Shown here: positions 13,969 to 27,479 of the stretch, piece after piece
Layout: each line of letters opens with the position of its first letter
Numbering within the stretch: the stretch's first letter is position 1
Made by a program: the position numbers and the translations under genes
Assembly (NCBI RefSeq): GCF_006345805.1
Contig: NW_021833976.1
Location: 1,228-65,227 of the forward strand
Direction: 5' to 3'
Source: Octopus sinensis
Lineage: Eukaryota
Length of the DNA: 64,000 nucleotides
Notes under the pieces: generated by a model
Told to the model about the DNA's origin: nothing
The model's input: the letters and a program-made list of their open reading frames with translations, nothing else
The model's database searches: none

Positions 13969-13970
<2 letters not shown>
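13840..13970 (+). mobile_element. ~130-bp dispersed repeat (F8) with partial HHR-like motif
   Basis: Near-identical to 42005-42135; CTGAAGA followed by GAAG/CTTC and GAA; stems I and III not resolved. Confidence 0.55.
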
Positions 13971-14045
<75 letters not shown>

Positions 14046-15035
14046 CACACATATATATCTACATCTCTATCTCTTTCTCTCTTTATGTATATATGTATAT
14101 ATATATATGAATGCGTGTAGCTGTGGTTTGAATTAATTGACTGGGAACGATGATGAAATATCATCGTGTATCTCAAGCCATCAAGCCATCTTTTGGATGT
14201 TTTGTGAAGCGGAATTCCATCAAGACAAATGACGATGATGAGGGTGAGGAGTAGTCAAGAAGGAGAATGGCAATCGGGTGGAATAAGAAGAAGAAAACAA
14301 AGTAGAACGAGTAACTGGACAACGATTGCAGAGGAAGTGGAGGAGAGAGAAACGCGTAACAGTTGTTGAAGTACAAAGTAAAATTGGCGAGGAGTAGGAG
14401 GAAAAACGGTATTGCTCCTCCGTTATATGAATTTTCATTATGGTTATATGCTCGCTAGTGTTTGGATAGTTATGGGTTGCCGTGAGCTGCAAGCGAAATG
14501 CATTGCACAGCTCGTCAATGAAAATTGAAAATGGAATTGATGGGGCGTAAGTTCTTGCAGGCTACGGAACTAATAAAGCTTGACAAGACATGCCACCATT
14601 ACAAGCCGAATTCTTCAAATGGCTGTTTTCTCTGATGCTGTAGGTATTACTGCCATGTATATTGGCAAAGCAAAGTGAAAACGCAGGTGTTTGCTGCACA
14701 TGGAAGCATTAAAACATTTCAGTAGCGTCTTCTTGAATATTATATATTTATAACGAGGCTGCACGAGTAACAACTGCGCTAGCTGTATAACTAGACTGAA
14801 ATGCTCTTACTTGTGTGTCTGTCTATGGGTTTCTCTCTGTATATAAACATATATTCGCTAGTATGTAAGAAAGGGGGAGAGTGTATGAGAGAGACAGAGA
14901 GAGAGGGAGAGAGAGAACGAAAGAGAGATATAGAGGGAGAGACGGTATGTGTTTATATGGAGGTACATGTTCTTATGAAAATATGTGTAAATCAACGAAA
15001 GAATGAATAGATATGTGAAATTCTGTAAATATATA

Positions 15036-15444
15036 GGCGCACGAGTGGCTGTGTGGTAAGTAGCTTGTTAACCAGCCACATGGTTCCGGGTTCAGTCCCA
15101 CTGCGTGGCATCTTGGGCAAGTGACTTCTGCTATAGCCCCGGGCCGTCCAATGCCTTGTGAGTGGATTTGGTAGACGGAAACTGAAAGAAGCCTGTCGTA
15201 TATATGTATATATAAGTGTGTGTGTATATGTTTGTGTGTCTGTGCTTGTCCCCGTAGCATTGCTTGACAACCGATGCTGGTGTGTTTACGTCCCCGTCAC
15301 TTAGCGGTTCGGCAAAAGAGACCAATAAAATAAGTACTGGGCTTACAAAGAATAAGTTCCGGGGTCGATTTGCTCAACTAAAGGCGGTGATCCAGCATGG
15401 CCGCAGTCAAATGACTGAAACAAGTTAAAGAGTAAAATAGAGAG
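15036..15444 (+). mobile_element. SINE-A
   Basis: GGCGCACGAGTGGCTGTGTGG head through tail. Confidence 0.9.
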
Positions 15445-15556
15445 TATATGATTGCCTGTATGTCGCTGTCTATGTATATATATATATATTTGAATATTTA
15501 AGAGAGAGAGAGTATTTGAAACAGACTGACAGTGTGTGTGTCAGTGTGTATAATCC

Positions 15557-15876
15557 GGCGCGTGGCTTAGTGGTTAGGGCATTCGACTGACTATTGTAAG
15601 GTCGTGAGTTCGATTCCCGGCGATGCGTTGTGTTCTTGAGCAAGACACTTTATTTCACGTTGCTCCAGTCCACTCAGCTGGCAAAAATGAGTTGTACCTG
15701 TATTTCAAAGGGCCGGCCTTGTCACACTCTGTGTCACGCTGAATCTCCCTGAGAACTACGTTAAGGGTACTCGTGTCTGTGGATTGCTCAGTCACTTGCA
15801 CGTTAATTCCACGAGCAAGCTGTTCCGTTGATCGTATCAGCTGGGACCCTCGTCGTCGTAACCGACGGAGTGCTCC
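15557..15876 (+). mobile_element. tRNA-derived SINE, working family D (shares 3' tail with SINE-C copies at 48044 and 50872)
   Basis: TGGCTTAGTGG A box, GAGTTCGATTCC B box, CTTGAGCAAGACACTT core, tail TTGTACCTGTATTTCAAAGGGCC...AACCGACGGAGTGC. Confidence 0.85.
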
Positions 15877-16092
15877 TACTAATTCGGTACATCTAGATAT
15901 GTAAATACGTCCGTACAAACGAATGCATGAGAGGATAATTATATCTCTGTAAATGTAAAAGTGTATATAAATATGTTTTTTTGATTTTAAGTGCGTAAAC
16001 GTTTTCGTGTATATTGAGCTGTTTGTGACTGTTGTGAAGTTTATCGATATTTATATGAAGTCAGTTTATTACAAAGTTGTGTGTGTTTATAT

Positions 16093-19000
16093 TTGTATCT
16101 TTACTACCCACAAGGGGCTAAACACAGAAGGACAAACAAGGACAGACAAACGGATTAAGTCGATTAGATCGACCCCAGTGCGTAACTGGTACTTAATTTA
16201 TCGACCCCGAAAGGATGAAAGGCAAAGTTGACCTCGGCGGAATTTGAACTCAGAACGTAACGGCAGACGCAATACCTATTTCTTTACTACCCACAAGGGG
16301 CTAAACACAGAGGGGACAACAAGGACAGACAAACGGATTAAGTCGATTAGATCGACCCCGTGCGTAACTGGTACTTAATTTATCGACCCCGAAGGATGAA
16401 AGGCAAAGTTGACCTCGGCGGAATTTGAACTAAGAACGTAACGGCAGACGCAATACCATTTCTTTACTACCGCACAAGGGGCTAAACACAGAGGGGACAA
16501 ACAAGGACAGACAAAAGGATAAGTCGATTAGATCGACCCCAGTGCGTAACTGGTACTTAATTTATCGACCCCGAAAGGATGAAAGGCAAAGTTGACCTCG
16601 GCGGAATTTGACTCAGAACGTAACGGCAGACGCCATACCTATTTCTTTACTACCCACAAGGGGCTAAACACAGAGGGGACAAACAAGGACAGACAAACGG
16701 ATTAAGTCGATTAGATCGACCCCAGTGCGTAACTGGTACTTAATTTATCGACCCCGAAAGGATGAAAGGCAAAGTTGACCTCGGCGGAATTTGAACTCAG
16801 AACGTAACGGCAGACGCAATACCTATTTCTTTACTACCCACAAGGGGCTAAACACAGAGGGGACAAACAAGGACAGACAAACGGATTAAGTCGATTAGAT
16901 CGACCCCAGTGCGTAACTGGTACTTAATTTATCGACCCCGAAAGGATGAAAGGCAAAGTTGACCTCGGCGGAATTTGAACTCAGAACGTAACGGCAGACG
17001 CAATACCTATTTCTTTACTACCCACAAGGGGCTAAACACAGAGGGGACAAACAAGGACAGACAAACGGATTAAGTCGATTAGATCGACCCCAGTGCGTAA
17101 CTGGTACTAATTTATCGACCCCGAAAGGATGAAAGGCAAAGTTGACCTCGGCGGAATTTGAACTCAGAACGTAACGGCAGACGCAATACCTATTTCTTTA
17201 CTACCCACAAGGGGCTAAACACAGAGGGGACACCAAGGACAGCACAACGGATTAAGTCGATTAGATCGACCCCAGTGCGTAACTGGTACTTAATTTATCG
17301 ACCCCGAAAGAATGAAAGGCAAAGTCGACCTCGGCGGAATTTGAACTCAGAACGTAACGGCAGACGCAATACCTATTTCTTTACTACCCACAAGGGGCTA
17401 AACACAGAGGGGACAAACAAGGACAGACAAACGGATTAAGTCGATTAGATCGACCCCAGTGCGTAACTGGTACTTAATTATCGACCCCGAAAGGATGAAA
17501 GGCAAGTGACCTCGCGGAATTTGAACTCAGAACGTAAGGCAGACGCAATACCTATTTCTTTACTACCCACAAGGGGCTAAACACAGAGGGGACAACAACA
17601 AGACAGACAAAGGATTAAGTCGATTAGATCGACCCCAGTGCGTAACTGGTACTTAATTATCGACCCCGAAAGGATGAAAGGCAAAGTTGACCTCGGCGGA
17701 ATTTGAACTCAGAACGTAACGGCAGACGCAATACCTATTTCTTTACTACCCACAGGGGCTAAACACAGAGGGGACAAACAAGGACAGACAAACGGATTAA
17801 GTCGATTAGATCGACCCCAGTGCGTAACTGGTACTTAATTTATCGACCGAAAGAATGAAAGGCAAAGTTGACCTCGGCGGAATTTGAACTCAGAACGTAA
17901 CGGCAGACGCAATACCTATTTCTTTACTACCCAAGGGGCTAAACACAGAGGGGACAAACAAGGACAGACAAACGGATAAGTCGATTAGATCGACCCCAGT
18001 GCGTAAGGTACTTAATTTATCGACCCCGAAAGAATGAAAGGCAAAGTTGACCTCGGCGGAATTTGAACTCAGAACGTAACGGCAGACGCAATACCTATTT
18101 CTTTACTACCCACAAGGGGCTAAACACAGAGGGGACAAACAAGGACAGACAAACGGATTAAGTCGATTAGATCGACCCCAGTGCGTAACTGGTACTTAAT
18201 TTATCGACCCCGAAAGGATGAAAGGCAAAGTCGACCTTGGCGGAATTTGAACTCAGAACGTAACGGCAACGAAATACGGCTACGCATTTCGCCCGGATGC
18301 TAACGATTCTCTGCATCTCGCCGCCGCCTCTGTGTTTTTATTTATTTGCTGTGACGTTGTATGTGTGAATACGTACGCTTCTGCATACCGATGCGATTCC
18401 AAGGATATGAAGAAGGTGTATGGGTGATGAGATTGTGAATGTTTAAATGTGCATGATCGGTGTGTTAGTGAAGTTGGTCGTGTGTCTGTGAAGGTGTATG
18501 TGTTTCTGCTGTATGATAATGTTACGGTTTACGTGTTTATGGTGTACACTGGCTTCAAATTTTGCCACAAGGGCAGAAATTTTTAGAAGGAGGGGATGAT
18601 TCGATTACATCGACCTCAATGTGTAACTGGTACTTATTTTATCGACCACGGAAGTAGGAAACGTAAAGTCGACAACGGCGGAATTTGAACTCAGACCGTA
18701 GCGACCGGCAAAATACCTATTTCTTTACTACCCACAAGGGGCTAAACACAGTGGGGACAAACAAGCACAGTCGAACGGATTAAGTCGATTATATCGACCC
18801 CAGTGCGTAACTGATACTTATTTAATCGACCCCGAAAGGATAAAAGGCAAAGTCGACCTCGGTGAATTTAAACTCTGAAAGTAACGGCAGAACGAAATAC
18901 CTATCTTTTCTTATTACCCAACCCAAAGGGCTAAACACAGAGGGGACAAACAAGGACACACATAGGTACTAAGTCGATTACATCGACCCGAAAAAAGGAT

Positions 19001-21773
19001 GAAAGGCAAAGTCGACCTCGGTGGAATTTGAACTCACACGTAACACAGACGAAATACCTATTTCTTTATTACCCACAAGGGGCTAGACACAGAGGGGACA
19101 AACAAGGACAGACCATAAGTATTAAGTCGATTACATCGACCCCAGTGCGACCCTGTACTTAATTTAATCGACCCCGAAAGGATGAAAGGCAAAGTTGACC
19201 TCGGCGGAATTTGAACTCAGAACGTAACGGCAGACGCAATACTACTATTTCTTTACTACCCACAAGGGGCTAAACACAGAGGGCAAACAAGGAAGACAAA
19301 CGGATTAAGTCGATTGATCGACCCCAGTGCGTAACTGGTACTTAATTTATCGACCCCGAAAGGATGAAAGGCAAAGTTGACCCGGCGGATTTGAACTCAG
19401 AACGTAACGGCAGACGCAATACCTATTTCTTTACTACCCACAAGGGGCTAAACACAGAGGGGACACCAAGGACAGACAACGGATTAAGTCGATTAGATCG
19501 ACCCCAGTGCGTAACTGGTACTTAATTTAAGACCCCGAAAGAATGAAAGGCAAAGTCGACCTCGGCGGAATTTGAACTCAGAACGTAACGGCAAACGCGA
19601 CCAATACCTATTTCTTTACTACCCACAAGGGGCTAAACCCAGAGGGGACAAACAAGGACAGACAACGGATTAAGTCGATTAGATCGACCCCATGCGTAAC
19701 TGGTACTTAATTTATCGACCCCGAAGGATGAAAGGCAAAGTTGACCTCGGCGGAATTTGAACTCAGAACGTAACGGCAGACGCAATACCTATTTCTTACT
19801 ACCCACAAGGGGCTAAACACAGAGGGGACAAACAAGGACAGACAAACGGATTAGTCGATTAGATCGACCCCAGTGCGTTAACTGGTACTTAATTTATCGA
19901 CCCCGAAAGATGAAGCAAAGTTGACCTCGGCGGAATTTGGAACTCAGAACGTAACGGCAGACGCAATACCTATTTCTTTACTACCCACAAGGGGCTAAAC
20001 ACAGAGGGGACAAACAGGACAGACAACGGATTAAGTCGATTAGATCGACCCCAGTGCGTAACTGGTACTTAATTTATCGACCCCGAAAGAATGAAAGGCA
20101 AAGTTGACCTCGGCGGAATTTGAACTCAGAACGTAACGGCAGACGCAATACCTATTTCTTTACTACCCACAAGGGGCTAAACACAGGGGACAAACAGGAC
20201 GACACAACGGATTAAGTCGATTAGATCGACCCCAGTGCTCGTAACTGGTACTTAATTTATCGACCCCGAAAGAATGAAAGGCAAAGTTGACCTCGGCGGA
20301 ATTTGAACTCAGAACGTAACGGCAGACGCAATACCTATTTCTTTACTACCCACAAGGGGCTAAACACAGAGGGGACAAACAAGGACAGACAAACGGATTA
20401 AGTCGATTAGATCGACCCCAGTGCGTAACTGGTACTTAATTTATCGACCCCGAAAGGATGAAAGGCAAAGTCGACCTTGGCGGAATTTGAACTCAGAACG
20501 TAACGGCAGACGAAATACGGCTACGCATTTCGCCCGGCATGCTAACGATTCTGCCATCTCGCCGCTCTGTGTTTTTATATTATTTGCTGTGACGTTGTAT
20601 GTGTGAATACGTACGCTTCTGCATACCGATGCGATTCCAAGGATATGAAGAAGGTGTATGGGTGAGAGATTGTGAATGTTTAAATGGGCATGATCGGTGT
20701 GTTAGGTGAAGTTGGTCGTGTGGTCGTGAAGGTGGTTGTGTTTCTGCTGTATGATAATGTTACGGTTTACGTGTTTATGGTGTACACTGGCTTCAATTTT
20801 GCCACAAGGGCAGAAATTTTTAAGAAGGAGGGGATGATTCGATACATCGACCCAATGTGTACTGGTACTTATTTTATCGACCACGGAATAGGAAACGTAA
20901 AGTCGAACAACGGCGGAATTTGAACTCAGACGTAGCGACCGGCAAAATACCTATTTCTTTACTACCCACAAGGGGCTAAACACACAGTGGGGACAAACAA
21001 GCACAGTCGAACGGATTAAGTCGATTAGATCGACCCCAGTGCGTAACTGATACTTATTTAATCGACCCCGAAAGGATAAAAGGCAAAGTCGACCTCGGTG
21101 GAATTTAAACTCTGAAAGTAACGGCAGACGAAATACCTATTTCTTTATTACCCACAAGGGGCTAAACACAGAGGGGACAAACAAGGACACACATAGGTAC
21201 TAAGTCGATTACATCGACCCCGAAAGGATGAAAGGCAAAGTCGACCTCGGTGGAATTTGAACTCACAACGTAACACAGACGAAATACCTATTTCTTTATT
21301 ACCCACAAGGGGCTAGAACAGAGGGGACAAACAAGGACAGACATAAGTATTAAGTCGATTACATCGACCCCAGTGCGTAACTGGTACTTAATTTATCGAC
21401 CCCGAAGGATGAAAGGCAAAGTCGACCTCGGCGGAATTTGAACTCACAACGAACGCAGACGAAATACGGCTACGCATTTCGCCCGGCTGCTAACGCTTCT
21501 GCCAGCTCGCCGCCTTTTTTTTTTTTTTTTTTTCCAACTTATACCTATTTCTTTATTACCACAAGGGGCTAAACAGAGAGGGGACAAACAAGGACAGACA
21601 TAGGTATTAAGTCGATTACATCGACCCCAGTGCGTAACTGGTACTTAATTATCGACCCGAAAGGATGAAGGGCAAGGTCGACCTCGGCGGAATCTGAACT
21701 CACAACGTAACGCAGACGAAATACCGCTAAGCATTCGCCCGGCGTGCTAACGTTTCTGCCAGCTCGCCGCCTT
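16093..21773 (-). repeat. SINE-B-derived tandem array (~184-bp unit, about 28 units) with a ~2.24-kb higher-order duplication
   Basis: 12 homogeneous units at 16093-18325, 7 at ~19250-20565, two blocks of 4 diverged units, and one full copy at 21542-21773; junction GACGCAATACC|TATTTCTTTAC. Confidence 0.95.
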
Positions 21774-21839
21774 ATTTGTAGTGGATAAATATGCTGATAA
21801 GGAATATATTTGTATATGTTGAACACTCAGACATTTTGC

Positions 21840-21884
<45 letters not shown>

Positions 21885-21945
21885 TAGATAGATATATACA
21901 ATAATAAATCTCTGGGCGAGATATAAACAGTAACTGCCTCTATAA

Positions 21946-22032
21946 ACATAAGAGGTCAGCCATCTGAATGTGGCTAGGGTCAGGGGCCCACCACCCGCCC
22001 TGACCTACCCACATTAAGATGGCTGATCCTCT

Positions 22033-22037
<5 letters not shown>
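21946..22037. repeat. Imperfect ~40-bp-arm hairpin (mini-MITE or pre-miRNA-like)
   Basis: ACATAAGAGGTCAGCCATCTGAATGTGG... pairs with ...CCACATTAAGATGGCTGATCCTCTTATGT. Confidence 0.75.
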
Positions 22038-22072
<35 letters not shown>

Positions 22073-22099
22073 TATACAAATGCATATATATTATATTAT

Positions 22100-22141
<42 letters not shown>

Positions 22142-23002
22142 ATATATATATACATACATACATATACAAACTTGTATATATATATTGTTGTATATATATA
22201 TATATTATATATATATATATACGCAATAAAACGATTACCTACGTACCATTGTTTTCACTTGTCAATATCTTTGTACAGCGTAGTCTGTCGCTTACAAAAC
22301 ACACTTTCCAGAACGAGTTCCATTTGGCTCAACCGAAATGGAGCATGTATAAAGGTCTTCAAATGATATTTGAGCGTATTTTTTCAAGTGTCTTAATTTT
22401 TGCGCGCTGAGGCCGGAAATTACTCTACAGTTACTAAATTTCAGCAGCCAATTTACCGATTAGAGGATATTTTTTATTTAAAATTAAATAATAAGGGTAG
22501 AAATTGATGATAATCAATAAAAACCAGTGTCTTAGCAAATTTTAAAATCCTGAGATTTTTTTCTTGGGAACACATTCTTCGTGGTAATAGCGTTTGACGT
22601 CTATGTTTAGCATATAGGGTGTCCACTTTAGTGGTCATTTGTCTTAATTTTGTATGTACGTATTTTCATACACATTTATTTTTTCACTAAGATTCTATGT
22701 ATTATCCTTGTGAAAAGAGGATAGGTTGCTTCAAAGAAAATAAATGACGCAGGCAAAACGTACAAGTATTTTTTCTATAATTTTTTCCGGGTTCTTTTCC
22801 TAAGATACCATTCATCTCTCAAACTAAATAAGTCATCTGAGTAAAAACGGATTTCCGTTCTGTCTTATTCTGGTCTCTACTTTTTTTACATCGCAGTTAT
22901 TAAAAACTTCCCACCAACGGAACATTGACTGAACTTGTCCTATCTATATGTATATACGTCTGTATGTGCGTATTTGTATGTGTGTATATGTATACAACTG
23001 TA

Positions 23003-23048
<46 letters not shown>

Positions 23049-23440
23049 ATGCATATCTATCTATATCTATATATATATATACATACATACACATATATAT
23101 ATATATATATAATATATATATATATGTATGTATGTATATACACATAAGCACAGACACGCATTTATGTTTTTGATTTTCTCTATATTCTGTATCATTGTGT
23201 ACTAATATGCGTATGTATGTGTGTGTGCGTGTACGTGTGTGTATGTATGGTTTCATGTGTATATAAATATTAAATGCATCAAATAAACATAATACTTACA
23301 CACACATACACACGTGCATATATGTATTTGTGTGCATATATATATATATATGTGTGTAAGTGTATATATATTATATATATATATATATAATACACATACA
23401 CATACATACACGCACATATATATATATACACACATGTATG

Positions 23441-23474
<34 letters not shown>

Positions 23475-24151
23475 ATATTATATATGACGCGCATTAATAC
23501 ACACACACTGATTACTATATGAAGAAAATATGTTTGAGCCTCTGTACGTGTGTCTATATATTTATATGCATATACGCACATTGGAACATACACACGCATA
23601 CACACTTATATGTGCATTTATATGCATATGTATCTTCATAGAAACATACTCATATATACATATTTGTGTGTGTTTGTGTGTGCCTTTGTCTTTGTGTGTT
23701 TATAATAAAAGTTCAAATACTTAGATATCTCCATCATTTCTTACACATGTTGTAATACCCGTCTATTTATCAGATGTCTAGACGGGGTATTACAACCTGT
23801 CTACCAAATAAAAGATATTCTTTGCATTTGAACTTTTAATATTGTCTTTTAATCTTCTTGATTTGTATATTTGTTATTGATTTCTTCACAGAAGTGTGTT
23901 GTTATCTATTTTTTTTTAAATTGTGAATTCACGCACATATAATACACCCTTCATACTGGCACACACGCTATCGCACACATATACAATGAACATATATATA
24001 TACATATGTATGTAAATAAATATGCATGTGTATGAATATATATACATACACACACAATTGTATATATATATATGTTAGAAAAAGTCTACACTAACTAGTG
24101 GTTTTCAAGTTCCTGTATACAAAAATGAAATTGTATTTTCGTAATGTACTG

Positions 24152-24503
24152 TTTACTCTTGTATTTGTTTCAGTCATTTGACTGAGGCCATGCTGGAGCA
24201 CAGCTTTTAGTCGAGCAAATGACCCCTTTGTAAGCCTAGTACTTATTCTATCGGTCTCTTTTGCCGAACTGCTAAGTTACGGGGACGTAAACAGACCAGT
24301 ATCGGTTGTCAAGCGGTGTTGGTGGGACGAGCACAGACAAGCAAACAGAAGCACATACATACATATACACATATATACGACGGGCTTCTTTCAGTTTCCG
24401 TCTACCAAATCCACTCAGAAGGCTATGGTCGGCACTTGCCTAAGGTTCCACGCAGTGGGATTGGACCCGAAACCATGTGGTTCGTAAGCAAGCTACTTAC
24501 AAC
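24152..24503 (-). mobile_element. SINE-A with internal deletions, fused head-to-head to SINE-C
   Basis: Family A reverse complement; junction ACAACAGCGGGCTCGCGG. Confidence 0.85.
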
Positions 24504-24780
24504 AGCGGGCTCGCGGTCGGAAGATCGTGGTTTCGATTCCCAGACCGGGTGTTGTGTGTGTTTATTGAACGAAAACACCTAAAAGCTCCACGGTGCACTT
24601 GCAGGGTGATGGTGGTGACCCCTGTTGTACTCTTTCACCACAACTTTCTCTCACTCTCTCTCTCTCTTCCTCTTTCTTGAGTAACGCTGCAATGGACTGG
24701 CGTCCCGTGCTCTGAGCGGAACGCATAAGCCACAGAAACCGGGCAACCGGGCCCATGAGCCTTCCTAGGCTTGAAATGGG
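24503..24780 (+). mobile_element. SINE-C, 5'-truncated, alternative 3' tail
   Basis: CTCGCGGTCGG...GTTTCGATTCCCAGACCGGG body; tail GAGTAACGCTGCAATGGACTGG...GGCCCATGAGCC. Confidence 0.8.
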
Positions 24781-26052
24781 CGACGTTTATCATTTTGTTT
24801 TCTATATGAAGACAGTGAGATCGACGTTGCGCAACTTTTCTTCACTTTCAATAAATTCCCAGCGCAAATTGTCATTCATGCTTAAACGTGGTTAGATGGA
24901 CATCTTTTCTGCGATGGACGAACTTTTTGAATAACAATTTAATAATTTAATTTTTTATCTCAGATTTCTAATAATCCAAAAAAAATCACGAGTTTAAAAA
25001 ATTAAAAACATTCTTGCAGATAAAATAAATGAGATCGTTTCTTTACTTCTTTACGTATTAATGGATTCACGCTGCGAGAAATTTATCCGCAGAGCAAGGT
25101 GCATCTTATGCTAATATCAAGAAAATACTGTCTATCTTCCATGAGACCGGGAGATAAAATTATTTAGATATCGCTAACATTACGATACTAGTTCATAAAC
25201 TGATACATGATTTATTCACCTTGGATATCATACACATTTACACTTAAAACTTCCACACTAACACATAGGCGAATAACACCTAGAAGCCCGATGGCATTAA
25301 AATGGCGTTCGCAATGAGAATGCATTCGATTTGCATTATGTATAGCCAAAGAAAAAAATAATAACTGCAGGAAGTCACAAATAGAACGAAACATTGTCTT
25401 CAATATTCCGCTGCAATTGAAAACTGGACAAAGGTGTGTTAATTGATAATTATGTTTAGCGTTGAATCAAAGAATAAACGCACTCATTTAATGCTTCTTT
25501 CCTTAGTCGTTTATAATGTTCAAGGTAGAATCGCACGTACAGTTGGCAACATTCAAACAATGCACACCCCTCATGATGCTTTGAATATTCTCACAAAGGG
25601 AATTGCTATAAATCAGGTAATTCTTCAAGGTCTAACAACGATGTTTGTTTTTTAAAATCTGAATCGATGCTCCCTATGAATAATTCTCTCGTTTGATCAT
25701 GCATATTTACACAATATTTCCTTGACAAGGGGAGTTGGATCATTTGAAAAAAAGGCACATGATAAACTCGCATCGCGTATATAATTAAATTTCATTGACC
25801 AATTTGCCACGGTCATGTGATTACCTGAATTCCACAGGAAATGCATGAGATCATATCGTATAGAAAATGGCAACACTTTAGGTTTCAAGAATGTAAGTTC
25901 AAAACGTAAGCATGCTAAAGCTTGGGATACCTAAAACGATAACTGTCTTTTGCTAATCTTTGTGGTCGCATGCGTAACATTTAATGACACTAGGATCGGA
26001 AAAACAAAGAGGCAACATGCTGAAAACAGATTATGTAACCTCGGTTATTATT

Positions 26053-26269
26053 CTCTTTTTACTCTTTACTCTTTTACTTGATTCAGTCATTTGACTGCGG
26101 CCATGCTGGAGCACCGCCTTTAGTCGAGCAAATCGACCCCGGGACTTATTCTTTGTAAGCACAGTACTTATTCTATCGGTCTCTTTTGCCGAACCACTAA
26201 GTGACGGGGACCTAAACACACCAGCATCGGTTGTCAAGCAATGCAAGGGGGACAAACACAGACACACAA

Positions 26270-26313
<44 letters not shown>

Positions 26314-26478
26314 ACGACAGGCTTCTTTCAGTTTCCGTCTACCAAATCCACTCACAAGGCATTGGTCGGCCCGAGGCTATAGCAGAAGACACTTGCCCAA
26401 GATGCCACGCAGTGGGACTGAACCCGGAATCATGTGGTTGGTTAGCAAGCTACTTACCACACAGCCACTCCTGCGCCT
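26053..26478 (-). mobile_element. SINE-A
   Basis: Full-length reverse-complement copy. Confidence 0.92.
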
Positions 26479-26615
26479 GTAAGATATTATACGTAAGATA
26501 TTCCAAGAATATGTAAATATTTTGTGACTAAATAATTTCCGTATGTTTCATCTTCACGCAGATAATTGCAATTATGCCTTTTTTGTTTTCTCTACATTTC
26601 TTTTTCCTCTCAACC

Positions 26616-26652
26616 CTTTCTGTCGAAGAGCGTAGGCTCGAGATGGTAAAAG
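26616..26652 (+). ncRNA. Degenerate HHR-like motif, A6U core (F5)
   Basis: CTTT-CTGTCGA-A-GAGC GTAG GCTC, then decayed GAAA region, then AAAG; sister copy at 42275-42310. Confidence 0.4.
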
Positions 26653-26751
26653 CTATCCCATTCTTCCCAAGCGTCAACCTGTTACAAATTCTTTTTGCTC
26701 CCTAACCTCCCTTCGCTATTTGTCATCTTTAAATTTGAATTATATATTATA

Positions 26752-27264
26752 CTAGCAGTATCGCCCGGCGTTGCTCGGGTTTGTAAGGGAAATAACTATA
26801 TAAGCATTTTTAGAGAGTTACTTCTCTTATAGATGCCAATTCGGGCTTTCTTAGCCATTTCTGTTTTGGTGTCTTCAAGCCATGAAGTCGTTGTTCTAAA
26901 AGAACGCTGGTCTCCTTGACAACGCTTTACGACGTTGATTTCCTTACACTCCCTTCCCCACAGCTTCACGAGGGAGGGAAGAAGGGGGAGAAGCAAACAG
27001 GTGCAGGTGTGACCATGGACGCCAACTCCGTCGCCATCGACACACGAAAAATTATGCATTAAAATGGAATAAAAAATGATGTTAAATTATTTTTTAAATC
27101 GTAGACTCATCATAGACGCGCGCTAATACTCAGACGGGCTCGATATGAATCACGACTATAAGATACCCGAATTTGGTTAAACTGCACCGCAAAATGTGGG
27201 AGTAGTTAGGAATCTAAATCGAAGGGGACAGACACTCACACAACTACAGTTTTATATATATAGA
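26752..27264 (-). mobile_element. Non-autonomous Helitron with a different ~225-bp internal segment
   Basis: A|CTAGCAGTATCGCCCGGCGTTGCTCGGG end and ...TATATATAGA|T end shared with the 5336 copy; 26825-27050 is not present in the other copies. Confidence 0.85.
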
Positions 27265-27479
27265 TATCATATATATGCATACATTATCATACATTATAAT
27301 TGTTATTGTTCCTGTTATTATTAAATATGTGTACGCAAATGTAGTGATACGAAAGAGTGTGTGAGAATGATATAAAATGCATGAATGTATCATCGTGAGA
27401 CTTGACTGCTTGACATATACAGTAATAGCGCGTTTGAGATTAAGAAAATGTGTGAACTTACAACACATATATTCAACCG

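Noticed and set aside
16093-21773. CRISPR-like regular repeat array
   Set aside because: Units are contiguous SINE fragments with no unique spacers; eukaryotic context and no cas genes
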